This document shows positions 47,650-55,169 of a stretch of DNA of 55,169 bases, piece by piece. The stretch lies in sequence record SRR31156797_4827; one strand, 5' to 3'. The position numbers and the translations under genes were made by a program. Under the pieces are notes generated by a model, which did no database searches, had not been told where the DNA came from, and worked only from the letters and a program-made list of their open reading frames with translations. The number at the start of each line of letters is the position of its first letter. The first letter of the stretch is position 1.

Positions 47650-47967
47650 ATGGATGAGCAAAATTTGGAAGCCATTATGGGATTGATCATGTATGGTGGT
47701 AATGCAAAAAGTGACGCAATGGAAGCAATCGCGGCAGCAAAAGAAGGGAACTTCGAATTAGCTGACCAAAAAATCAAAGATGCTGAAGCATCTCTTGTGG
47801 AAGCGCATCATTCGCAAACAGGATTGTTGACACAAGAAGCGCAAGGCAATCATATGACCGTGACATTGTTGACCGTGCATTCACAAGATCACCTAATGAC
47901 ATCAATCGCATTTACCGATTTAGCGAAAGAAATCATTGATGTCTATCGACGTCTAAATAACGAATAA
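47650..47967 (+). CDS. PTS lactose/cellobiose family IIA
   Basis: GNAKS, AHHSQT, VHSQDHLM. Confidence 0.95.
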   Translation: MDEQNLEAIMGLIMYGGNAKSDAMEAIAAAKEGNFELADQKIKDAEASLVEAHHSQTGLLTQEAQGNHMTVTLLTVHSQDHLMTSIAFTDLAKEIIDVYRRLNNE

Positions 47968-48048
47968 TCTTTGAACGGATAGAAGTAGTTATTGTCGATG
48001 AATCAAAAAATCTTCTTTGACGAATAGAACTTATAGGAGGAATTAAGA

Positions 48049-49446
48049 ATGGATGGATTAACAAGTTGGATGGAGAGACACATTCTCCCGGTTGCAGCTA
48101 AGATTGGTGCGCAAAAGCATTTGGTTGCCTTGCGGGATGCTTTTATCGGAATGATGCCAGCAACGATGGCTGGGGCAATTGCAGTATTATTGAACGCCTT
48201 CATGCGTGATTTTCCAAACACTTATCTTGGTGCGGACAATGCAATTACGAAATTTTTCACGCCAGTGATCGCAGTCAATGGTTTAGTTTGGACAGGTACC
48301 TTAGCAATTATGGCGGTTATCTTCTCAGCTTCATTCGGTTATAATTTAGCGAAGGCTTACAATGTTGATGCACTATCAGGTGCGTTGGTCTCTTTAGCAG
48401 CATTTATTATGGGTATTCCACAATCTGCTTCTCTTTCTTTAGCGTTAGAAGAAGCACTACCAGCAAACGTGGTAGACATGATCAACAGTACAAGTGCTAC
48501 ATCAGGATTTGCAGCAGATGGTTCAACGATCAGCGCTGCAGGCTGGGGCTACTTCCCATTTAGCGCCTATATGGGTGGCTCTGGATTGTTCACGGCAATC
48601 ATCTTTGGTTTCGTTTCAGTTATTATCTTTGCAAAATTGATGCAAAAAAATATTATTATCAAAATGCCAGATTCAGTGCCACCAGCAGTTTCCCGTGCCT
48701 TTGCAGCGATTATCCCTGGGATTGCCGGACTATATGCTTCAGGTTTGATTTACTATCTATTTGAACGCTTTGTCGGTATGCCGATAATTGACTGGATCTC
48801 CGAATCGATCCAAAAACCATTATTGGGTCTCTCTCAAGGGTACTTTGCCGTATTTATCATTGTTTTACTTGTCCATGTCTTGTGGTTCTTTGGATTACAT
48901 GGAACAAATATCATGGGACCTGTTCTACAATCGATCTACGGTGTGGCAATGGTTGAAAATACTAATGCTTATCAATTAGGGGAAGCTGTTCCTTATAAAT
49001 GGGTAGCAGGTTCATTCGAAGCATTTGTTTGGCCTGGTGGAGCAGGTGTGACTTTAATGCTCTTGATCGCAATCTTGCTATTCTCTAAACGTGCCGACTA
49101 TAAGACAGTTGGTAAACTAGGGATTGGACCTGGGTTGTTCAATATCAATGAACCAGTAATGTTTGGTCTACCAATCGTGTTAAACCCATTGTTTATCATT
49201 CCATTTATTGTTGCACCGTTAGTTACAGCAACGATTGCTTACTTTGCAACAACTTTAGGGTTAGTTGCACCAGTTGTGGTAAATGTGATTTGGGTAATGC
49301 CAACGATCCTAAGCGGCTTCTTAGCTACCGGTGGAGACTGGCGTGCGATCATCTTGACAATTATTAATTTGGCTGTAGCTTTATTGATCTGGGCACCATT
49401 TATTATTGCTGCCAACAAAATCAATCCAGCAGACCAAGAGAACTAA
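48049..49446 (+). CDS. PTS lactose/cellobiose family IIC
   Basis: ALRDAF, KMPDSVPPAV, WFFGLHG, FNINEPVMFGLPIVLNP. Confidence 0.95.
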   Translation: MDGLTSWMERHILPVAAKIGAQKHLVALRDAFIGMMPATMAGAIAVLLNAFMRDFPNTYLGADNAITKFFTPVIAVNGLVWTGTLAIMAVIFSASFGYNLAKAYNVDALSGALVSLAAFIMGIPQSASLSLALEEALPANVVDMINSTSATSGFAADGSTISAAGWGYFPFSAYMGGSGLFTAIIFGFVSVIIFAKLMQKNIIIKMPDSVPPAVSRAFAAIIPGIAGLYASGLIYYLFERFVGMPIIDWISESIQKPLLGLSQGYFAVFIIVLLVHVLWFFGLHGTNIMGPVLQSIYGVAMVENTNAYQLGEAVPYKWVAGSFEAFVWPGGAGVTLMLLIAILLFSKRADYKTVGKLGIGPGLFNINEPVMFGLPIVLNPLFIIPFIVAPLVTATIAYFATTLGLVAPVVVNVIWVMPTILSGFLATGGDWRAIILTIINLAVALLIWAPFIIAANKINPADQEN

Positions 49447-49455
49447 TCAAATAAA

Positions 49456-49492
49456 CTAGATGGGTGGCTTCACCCATCTAGCTATCTTTTTT
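49456..49492 (+). terminator. Hairpin after IIC (possibly leaky terminator or mRNA stabiliser)
   Basis: ctagatgggtg-gctt-cacccatctag; T-run offset by several bases. Confidence 0.55.
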
Positions 49493-49505
49493 AGGAGGAG
49501 AAAAA

Positions 49506-49727
49506 ATGATTATTGTAAATTCCGCGATGCAACAAGACAACATCAAAGCATTACTTGAGTCTCTGACAGAAGGTGAGATCAAGTATACCTTTAAAGAAAA
49601 AAAAGGGATTCAGTTGATTTTTGAAACAACGGCAGAAGACAAAGAAAAAGCAGCGAAACTTGCCAAAGACGCAATCAAAAATACTGATTGGGGTCGAGTA
49701 CTATACTTTAACGTCGTTAGTCAATAG
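49506..49727 (+). CDS. Hypothetical protein, 73 aa
   Basis: Strong aggaggag RBS; operon context. Confidence 0.8.
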   Translation: MIIVNSAMQQDNIKALLESLTEGEIKYTFKEKKGIQLIFETTAEDKEKAAKLAKDAIKNTDWGRVLYFNVVSQ

Positions 49728-49739
49728 TGAGGTGATATC

Positions 49740-49934
49740 ATGTTTAAAAATGGATTGTTTTTTATAAGCATCGGTAGTATGTTATTTATATACAGCGCTA
49801 ACGCGCAGTCAGGTGAATACCACTGGGTGAATCTCATCACGTCAGTCATTCTAATGGCTATTGGAGGAATCATGGCTTCAATTGGACACAAACGCAACAA
49901 GAAAGACAAGGAGGCGCAAGATGGAAATCACTAA
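49740..49934 (+). CDS. Small two-TM protein (DUF3188-like)
   Basis: MFKNGLFFISIG N-terminus, two hydrophobic helices, basic tail; gaggtg RBS. Confidence 0.7.
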   Translation: MFKNGLFFISIGSMLFIYSANAQSGEYHWVNLITSVILMAIGGIMASIGHKRNKKDKEAQDGNH

Positions 49935-50334
49935 AAAAATGAATGTACCCGCTGACTTTTTATATAAAACGATCATCGATTCCGTTTTACATGATATTAA
50001 ACAAGCGACAGATCAAACACTTACTGAAGAGCAATTAGAAGGCTATAGTTATCTAAAACAATTTTATAAAGATAGCAATGCCACCATAACGATTGAAACA
50101 GTCAAGAAGAATCAAGCCTATGCGTTCCAAACGGCGACGAAAAAAAATACCTTCCGTGTACACTATCAAATTGAAGCGATAGATGACGCGCATTGCACCT
50201 TGCACTATGAAGAGAAAATGACTTCTGAAGGCATGATTCAGCAATTAAATGACATGCTCTTAGGTACGATTCTAGGATATTTCAAACGCAAGCAATTTAA
50301 AAAAATGTTGAGTATGATGGAAGAAGCATATTAA
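49921..50334 (+). CDS. DUF3284 family protein
   Basis: S..HDI.QAT, G.SY.K pattern typical near cellobiose PTS genes; aaggagg RBS before ATG 49921. Confidence 0.8.
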   Translation: MEITKKMNVPADFLYKTIIDSVLHDIKQATDQTLTEEQLEGYSYLKQFYKDSNATITIETVKKNQAYAFQTATKKNTFRVHYQIEAIDDAHCTLHYEEKMTSEGMIQQLNDMLLGTILGYFKRKQFKKMLSMMEEAY

Positions 50335-50394
50335 GGGGTCGACTGACGCCTTTTTTGCGTTTCTTGCGTGTTTTCAAGTAGAGGAGATGAAGGA

Positions 50395-51576
50395 ATGACA
50401 GATGTCAAAAAAATGACCGAATTTGGTTCGCAAGAAGTACTGGACTTGGTTTCTTATGCCTTTCAGTGGGAATTGAATGAAACAAATATCAAGCGCTATC
50501 GCAAGCTTGCGGAAAATTCTTGGAATTATGGTTCCTACGATGGGAATGGAAAATTGGCGAGCCAAATCATGGCAACGATTTTTGATGTGAACTTTCATGG
50601 AACGAGTTATCCGATGGCAGGGATCGGTTTTGTGGCTTCGTATCCAGAGTATCGCAGCCAAGGTCGGATCGATCGGATCATGAAACAAATCATTAAGGAC
50701 TGCTATGAACAAAAAATCGTTCTTTCCTATCTGGCACCTTTCTCCTTTGCTTTTTACCGCAGATATGGGTATGAGTATACTTTTGAACGGACGGTTTATG
50801 AAGTCGATGCGCATCAATGGCCCGATGGCAAGAAAGTGAATGGAACGATTCAACGCATGAATTGGGAGGAAGCACAGCCGATCATTCACGAGATTTATCA
50901 TCAATTGCCGCGCCATCAAAAGGGCGGACTGATTCGCCAACCCTGGTGGGAAGAAATCAAGTTTGTTTTGCGCCGACCGTATACGTTTGCGATTTATCGC
51001 AATGAAGCAGGGGTCCCTGAAGGCTACTTGATTTACTTTATCGAGGGAGGACGTTTCGATATTCAAGAGTGGGGCTATTTGACTGCGAATGCTTACCAAG
51101 GATTTAATCGGTTTATCGTCTCCCATGCAGATTCAGTAGCACAGATTAACTATCGACCAGGGTTTGATGGGGAAGTCCTACAAGCAAACGCGGCCAAACC
51201 ATTGGCTCACTACCAAGTGCGCCCGGACATGATGGCGCGCGTCATCGATGTGGAAGGGTTTCTAAAAAGTTATCCATTCACATTGAAAAAAGCCGGCGGT
51301 TTTGCCATAGAAATTCAAGGGGATGAATATGCCCCATGGAATAATGGGTGTTATGAAGTGACAATCGAAAACGCTCAGCATCAAGTCACGAAAACGGCGG
51401 CCACCAAGCTGCCAAAAGCAACCTTGTCGATTCAGCGTTTTGTGCAGCTGTTCTTGCAGGCACAATCCCTCGATTCTCTGGTCTTTTTCCAGCAAATGGA
51501 AACGGACCAGGAAGCTGCAGTGTTGATTCAGGAAAACTTGCCAACAGGAAAACCACTATTGGAAGACTATTTCTAA
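50395..51576 (+). CDS. Eis-like GNAT acetyltransferase with C-terminal SCP2 domain
   Basis: VASYPEYRSQG, YLAPFS..FYRRYG, MARVIDV, APWNNG, C-terminal DYF. Confidence 0.88.
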   Translation: MTDVKKMTEFGSQEVLDLVSYAFQWELNETNIKRYRKLAENSWNYGSYDGNGKLASQIMATIFDVNFHGTSYPMAGIGFVASYPEYRSQGRIDRIMKQIIKDCYEQKIVLSYLAPFSFAFYRRYGYEYTFERTVYEVDAHQWPDGKKVNGTIQRMNWEEAQPIIHEIYHQLPRHQKGGLIRQPWWEEIKFVLRRPYTFAIYRNEAGVPEGYLIYFIEGGRFDIQEWGYLTANAYQGFNRFIVSHADSVAQINYRPGFDGEVLQANAAKPLAHYQVRPDMMARVIDVEGFLKSYPFTLKKAGGFAIEIQGDEYAPWNNGCYEVTIENAQHQVTKTAATKLPKATLSIQRFVQLFLQAQSLDSLVFFQQMETDQEAAVLIQENLPTGKPLLEDYF

Positions 51577-51607
51577 GCAAATCGACACAGACGCATTCAC
51601 TTTCTAA

Positions 51608-51643
51608 CAAAAAAAGATTCCTTAAAAATAAGGAATCTTTTTC
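51608..51643. terminator. Bidirectional terminator (GNAT / tRNA-Arg)
   Basis: aaaaaagattcctta-aaaa-taaggaatctttttt. Confidence 0.8.
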
Positions 51644-51652
51644 TTCAAAAAA

Positions 51653-51724
51653 CGTTCCCTGCCGGAATCGAACCAGCAACTAATCCTTAGGAGGGACTTG
51701 TTATATCCATTTAACTAAGGGAAC
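51653..51724 (-). tRNA. tRNA-Arg(CCU), CCA not encoded
   Basis: GTTCCCT-TAGTTAAATGGATATAACA-AGTCC-CTCCTAA-GGATT-AGTT-GCTGG-TTCGATT-CCGGC-AGGGAAC-G forms a full cloverleaf. Confidence 0.95.
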
Positions 51725-51793
51725 ACAATAGCTATATTTTACCTGTTATTCGTGTTTCTCGCAAGATGAGAAGGAAAAGAAAGGAAGAAAAAC

Positions 51794-52726
51794 ATGGTCA
51801 AACGATTGATAAGTGCAAACTATAGTGAAATCAAAGAAATGTCGGCGCAAGAATTGAAACAATCCATTAAAGCGAGCGAAGGACGAGTAATCGTCTGTGA
51901 AACGGTGGTTCAAACCATGCCGCAAGCTGGCGATATCACCAACGCAGAAGTCGCGGCAGCTTTTGGGGCTGACTTAATTTTGTTGAATGGGTTTGATTGT
52001 TATCGTCCAGCTATTTTTGGGATGCCTGGTATCACATTGGAGCAGCTGCTTGATCCTACACAACCGATTGAAAACCCGATTCCTCAACTAAAACAACTGA
52101 TTGGACGACCTGTCGGCATCAATCTTGAGCCGATCCCAGCTACGACGGAGATGATGAGTGAAAAGATCAGCATCAGTCAAGGCCGAACAAGTTCGGTTGA
52201 CACCATCAAAAAAGCCCAAGAACTCGGGGTGGACTTTCTCTGCTTTACAGGCAATCCTGGAACAGGTGTGACCAACCGAGAAATCGCTAAAGCAGTAAAA
52301 TTGGCAAAAGAACATTTCTCTGGGTTGATCATCGCTGGAAAAATGCACAGTGCCGGCTCAGATGAGCCTGTGGTTGATCGAGAAGCCATCATTTCTTACG
52401 CTGAAGCTGGGGCAGATATTTTGTTACTGCCTTCCGTTGGCTCGATTCAAGGCTTTCTAGAAAAGGATCTGATTGAAGCTGTTCAAATTGCCAAACAATA
52501 TGACTTATTGACGATGTCAGCGATCGGAACGAGTCAAGAAAGCGCACGTCCAGAAACGTTGCGGCAATTAGCCATTATCAACAAAACCTGTGGGGTCGAT
52601 CTGCAGCATATCGGTGATGCCGGCTATGGCGGTATGGCACCGACCGAAAATATTTTCGAAACATCGGTTGCAATTAGAGGCATGCGCCATACGATCAATC
52701 GTGTCGGGCGTTCAATTAATCGTTAA
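51794..52726 (+). CDS. Uncharacterised TIM-barrel protein (PEP phosphonomutase-like)
   Basis: KASEGR, FGADLILLN, GINLEP, TGNPGTGV, AGKMH, IGTSQE, HIGDAG recalled from a conserved family of unknown function. Confidence 0.65.
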   Translation: MVKRLISANYSEIKEMSAQELKQSIKASEGRVIVCETVVQTMPQAGDITNAEVAAAFGADLILLNGFDCYRPAIFGMPGITLEQLLDPTQPIENPIPQLKQLIGRPVGINLEPIPATTEMMSEKISISQGRTSSVDTIKKAQELGVDFLCFTGNPGTGVTNREIAKAVKLAKEHFSGLIIAGKMHSAGSDEPVVDREAIISYAEAGADILLLPSVGSIQGFLEKDLIEAVQIAKQYDLLTMSAIGTSQESARPETLRQLAIINKTCGVDLQHIGDAGYGGMAPTENIFETSVAIRGMRHTINRVGRSINR

Positions 52727-52822
52727 ATCAGAAAAAATTACTAGCGAAGGAAAACGAAGAATCGTTCTGCTTCGCTTTTTGCGTTTTTTTCGCTAAGTTA
52801 GAAAGAAAGGAGGAAACACAAA

Positions 52823-53542
52823 ATGAAACAAGCATTGATCATTTACGGAGGATGGGAAGGACACGCCCCAAAAGAAACCAGTCAGTTTTACCAAACGTTG
52901 CTGGAGTCAGAAGGATATCAGGTGACACTCGCCTCAGATTTTGAACCTCTCTATCATAAAGAAGAATTAAAAAGGCTGGATCTGTTGATCATGAATTGGA
53001 CGCGTGGAGAATTGCCTGATGAGCCGCTGCAAAATGTCACTCAGGCTGTAGCAGAAGGAGTAGGATTAGCAGGAGTTCATGGCGGCTTTGCTTCGGCTTT
53101 TCAAGCCAGTAAAGGCTGGTTGTTTCTGACTGGCGGCTGTTTTTTGGCACATCCTGGCGGCTTGGAAACGACCTATAGCATCGATCTTACGACAAATCAC
53201 TATATTACGGCAAATACGCAATCGATCCCTCAGTTGACGACGGAGCAATACTATTGTCTGGTTGATCCAGCCGTCACTGTGTTAGCTACCTCAACATTTG
53301 CCGCTAAAGATCATCCGAATGCAGCTAACCAAGAAGTCATACTGCCAATGATGTGGATCAAAAAATGGGGCAAGGGCCGAGTCTTTTTCCAATCTGTTGG
53401 ACACAGTCTAAAAGAGCTGAAAGAGCCGACCATTCAGACTTGGACCAAGCGAGGCTTTCTATGGGCCACCAGAAACACATTGACAGATCCGTTGAAGAAT
53501 AGTCGGTATAGTGAGTCATCAGAAAAACGAATGAGGAAATAA
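52823..53542 (+). CDS. ThuA-like (class I glutamine amidotransferase fold) protein
   Basis: GGWEGH.P, G.HGG, AHPG, EQYY, WGKGRVF..SVGH. Confidence 0.85.
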   Translation: MKQALIIYGGWEGHAPKETSQFYQTLLESEGYQVTLASDFEPLYHKEELKRLDLLIMNWTRGELPDEPLQNVTQAVAEGVGLAGVHGGFASAFQASKGWLFLTGGCFLAHPGGLETTYSIDLTTNHYITANTQSIPQLTTEQYYCLVDPAVTVLATSTFAAKDHPNAANQEVILPMMWIKKWGKGRVFFQSVGHSLKELKEPTIQTWTKRGFLWATRNTLTDPLKNSRYSESSEKRMRK

Positions 53543-53625
53543 AATTGTGCAATCGTTTTACTTTATGGAAGAAAATAAGCATGGTACACTTTATTTGTAT
53601 TTGATTAAGCAGGAGGTAATGTGGA

Positions 53626-54750
53626 ATGGGAAAATTTGGAAAAAGTTTTTTATCGCAGGTAATATCTGACGGAATCAAAGGACCATTTGTCACGATCATG
53701 CTCAATACGCATGTCGGCCACCAGAATGTCGAAAAGGATCAAATCAAATTTAAGAACTTTGCCAAAGATGCGAAGCGCCGCTTTGAAAAGAAATACCCAG
53801 AACATTCTTGGGATCTTTTTCAAACGAAAGTTGATGAACTGCTTGCAGATCAATCATTTTGGCGCAACAGTACAACAAGTGTGGCGGTGATTATCACCCC
53901 AGAAGAGGTACTGGTCCATCGGTTAAGTATTCGTGTGGATGATCAATATTACGTAGGGGAAACCCCTTATGTATTAGCTGTCATCAAAAATGCACAATTT
54001 AATTACCCATTTTATCTCTTAGCGTTGAATCGCGATTCAATGCAAGTCTATCAAGTTGAAAACAATCAAGTGCGTGAAGTCGAGTTGCCAGAAGAGGCAC
54101 CGACGACGATTGAAAAAGCGCTGGGGGAAGAAGTCACTGGTGGTGGTAACTTTAATTACAGTGCTCAAGGTGGCCCTAACTCAGGGGGAGAAGGCGTTGC
54201 TTATCACGGCTTTAGTGCCAAAGATGAAGAAGTCGAGATCGATCACGTCAACTACTACCAAGCAGTTGATGCATTTTTCAAGAATGATTTTTCAAATGAA
54301 GAGCATTTACCAATGTATCTGTTTGCATTACCAGAAAATCAAACGCTGTTTAAAAAAGTGGCAAAAACGAACTTTTTCAAAGCAGAACCAAGTATTTCCT
54401 CTTCCCCAGCATCGTTATCCTTGAAAGAGATCCAAACGTGTACGCATAAGTTGATTGCAGAGTTGACACAAAAAGAAGTTGGGGAATACGGTAAGCTGTT
54501 GGATCGAAAATTTATTGACCAATTGGTTGATATCGTGCCTTCAGCCAAAGAAGGCCGGATCGCCAATCTGTTTGTGGCTACCTCAAATCTCGCCGATGGT
54601 TTTGGAGAAGATCCTGATACAGAGTACGATCGGCGGCAAGTGTTAAATACACTGGCAATCGATGTTTTAGAGAACGGCGGTGAGGTATCTATCTTGGAAC
54701 AAAAAGATGCCCCTGGAGAAAAAAGTTTGACGGCGATTTTGCGCTACTAA
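53626..54750 (+). CDS. Bacterial archaeo-eukaryotic release factor-like (baeRF) protein
   Basis: N-terminal ..D.IKFKN, YLLAL, Gly-rich loop ending in HG, C-terminal A.EGRI..L and GG.V......AILRY (eRF1/Pelota-like); aggagg RBS. Confidence 0.65.
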   Translation: MGKFGKSFLSQVISDGIKGPFVTIMLNTHVGHQNVEKDQIKFKNFAKDAKRRFEKKYPEHSWDLFQTKVDELLADQSFWRNSTTSVAVIITPEEVLVHRLSIRVDDQYYVGETPYVLAVIKNAQFNYPFYLLALNRDSMQVYQVENNQVREVELPEEAPTTIEKALGEEVTGGGNFNYSAQGGPNSGGEGVAYHGFSAKDEEVEIDHVNYYQAVDAFFKNDFSNEEHLPMYLFALPENQTLFKKVAKTNFFKAEPSISSSPASLSLKEIQTCTHKLIAELTQKEVGEYGKLLDRKFIDQLVDIVPSAKEGRIANLFVATSNLADGFGEDPDTEYDRRQVLNTLAIDVLENGGEVSILEQKDAPGEKSLTAILRY

Positions 54751-54792
54751 ACGCAGTTGCGTCGTTAGCCAATAAATCGTTTCCAAAAAAGA

Positions 54793-54829
54793 GAAGGCTG
54801 TTGCAGATCTTTAATGCAGCAGCCTTTTT
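54793..54829 (+). terminator. Terminator after the baeRF-like gene
   Basis: aaggctgttgca ... tgcagcagcctt followed by a T-run. Confidence 0.8.
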
Positions 54830-54877
54830 GCGAATTATAAAAAAATAAAGGCGTTTTCATTTTTTTTGATTTTCTAT

Positions 54878-55028
54878 TAGTCATAATGAAGATAATGTGC
54901 TATAATACAAAGTGTAGTTTTTGTTACGGTAAATTATGGTAGCTTGTTTCATCTTAAACATCTTCCACATTTTCACCTTATACAAGTAATTGCAAAATAT
55001 GTGTATAAACACAAGGAGGATTTTTATT
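54878..55028 (+). promoter_or_regulatory. csp promoter and long 5' UTR (cspA-type leader)
   Basis: TAGTCA-17-TATAAT with TG extension (54898-54906); ~115-nt leader; aaggagg RBS. Confidence 0.65.
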
Positions 55029-55169
55029 ATGGAAACAGGTACAGTGAAATGGTTTAACTCAGACAAAGGTTTTGGATTCATCACTGCAGAAAACGGTAAC
55101 GATGTATTCGTTCATTTCTCAGCTATCCAAGGCGAAGGGTTCAAAACTTTAGAAGAAGGTCAAGCAGTG
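55029..55169 (+). CDS. Cold-shock protein (CspA family), truncated by window end
   Basis: [47 protein letters not shown] with RNP1/RNP2. Confidence 0.97.
   Translation, partial: METGTVKWFNSDKGFGFITAENGNDVFVHFSAIQGEGFKTLEEGQAV

Noticed and set aside
50374-51126. 250-aa antisense ORF over the Eis-like GNAT
   Set aside because: Lies almost wholly opposite a well-supported gene and has no recognisable domain
53548-53561. cre-like TGCAATCGTTTTAC upstream of the baeRF-like gene
   Set aside because: Mismatches at the conserved terminal CA; too weak to call
54881-55084. 67-aa minus-strand ORF
   Set aside because: Antisense to the csp gene and its leader

Overview
Core chromosomal segment of an Enterococcus; gene content, gene order and moderate GC suggest the E. 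casseliflavus/gallinarum group (inference). In order: rpmG; a Fur-boxed siderophore ABC locus; 5-FTHF cyclo-ligase-rhomboid-yqgQ-glcK-rhodanese; galKET-galR; tsaB-rimI-rimI-tsaD; a lone ornithine carbamoyltransferase with T-box argS and argR; rpsB-tsf-pyrH-frr-uppS-cdsA-rseP-proS-polC; an AEC transporter, yidC, acyP, a TrmH methylase, HD, YdcF and GyrI-like genes, and a DD-carboxypeptidase; sfsA, an oxidoreductase and a DEAD helicase; a LevR-type activator with a sigma54 cellobiose-family PTS operon; an Eis-like GNAT; tRNA-Arg(CCU); a TIM-barrel protein, a ThuA protein, a baeRF-like protein; and the start of a cold-shock gene. I saw no integrase, transposase, prophage or CRISPR array. Best leads: (1) a 79-nt tRNA-shaped but non-canonical RNA (40632-40710, minus strand) that appears to form the 5' leader of a 54-aa membrane peptide missing from the ORF track, with an alternative anti-Shine-Dalgarno fold; (2) a ProRS with intact aminoacylation motifs whose INS editing domain has lost its hallmark residues (T257H, K279Q, G331Q, H366Y); (3) a ~100-bp hairpin element flanked by an 8-bp direct repeat. 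All product calls come from motif recognition and remembered homology; no searches were run.
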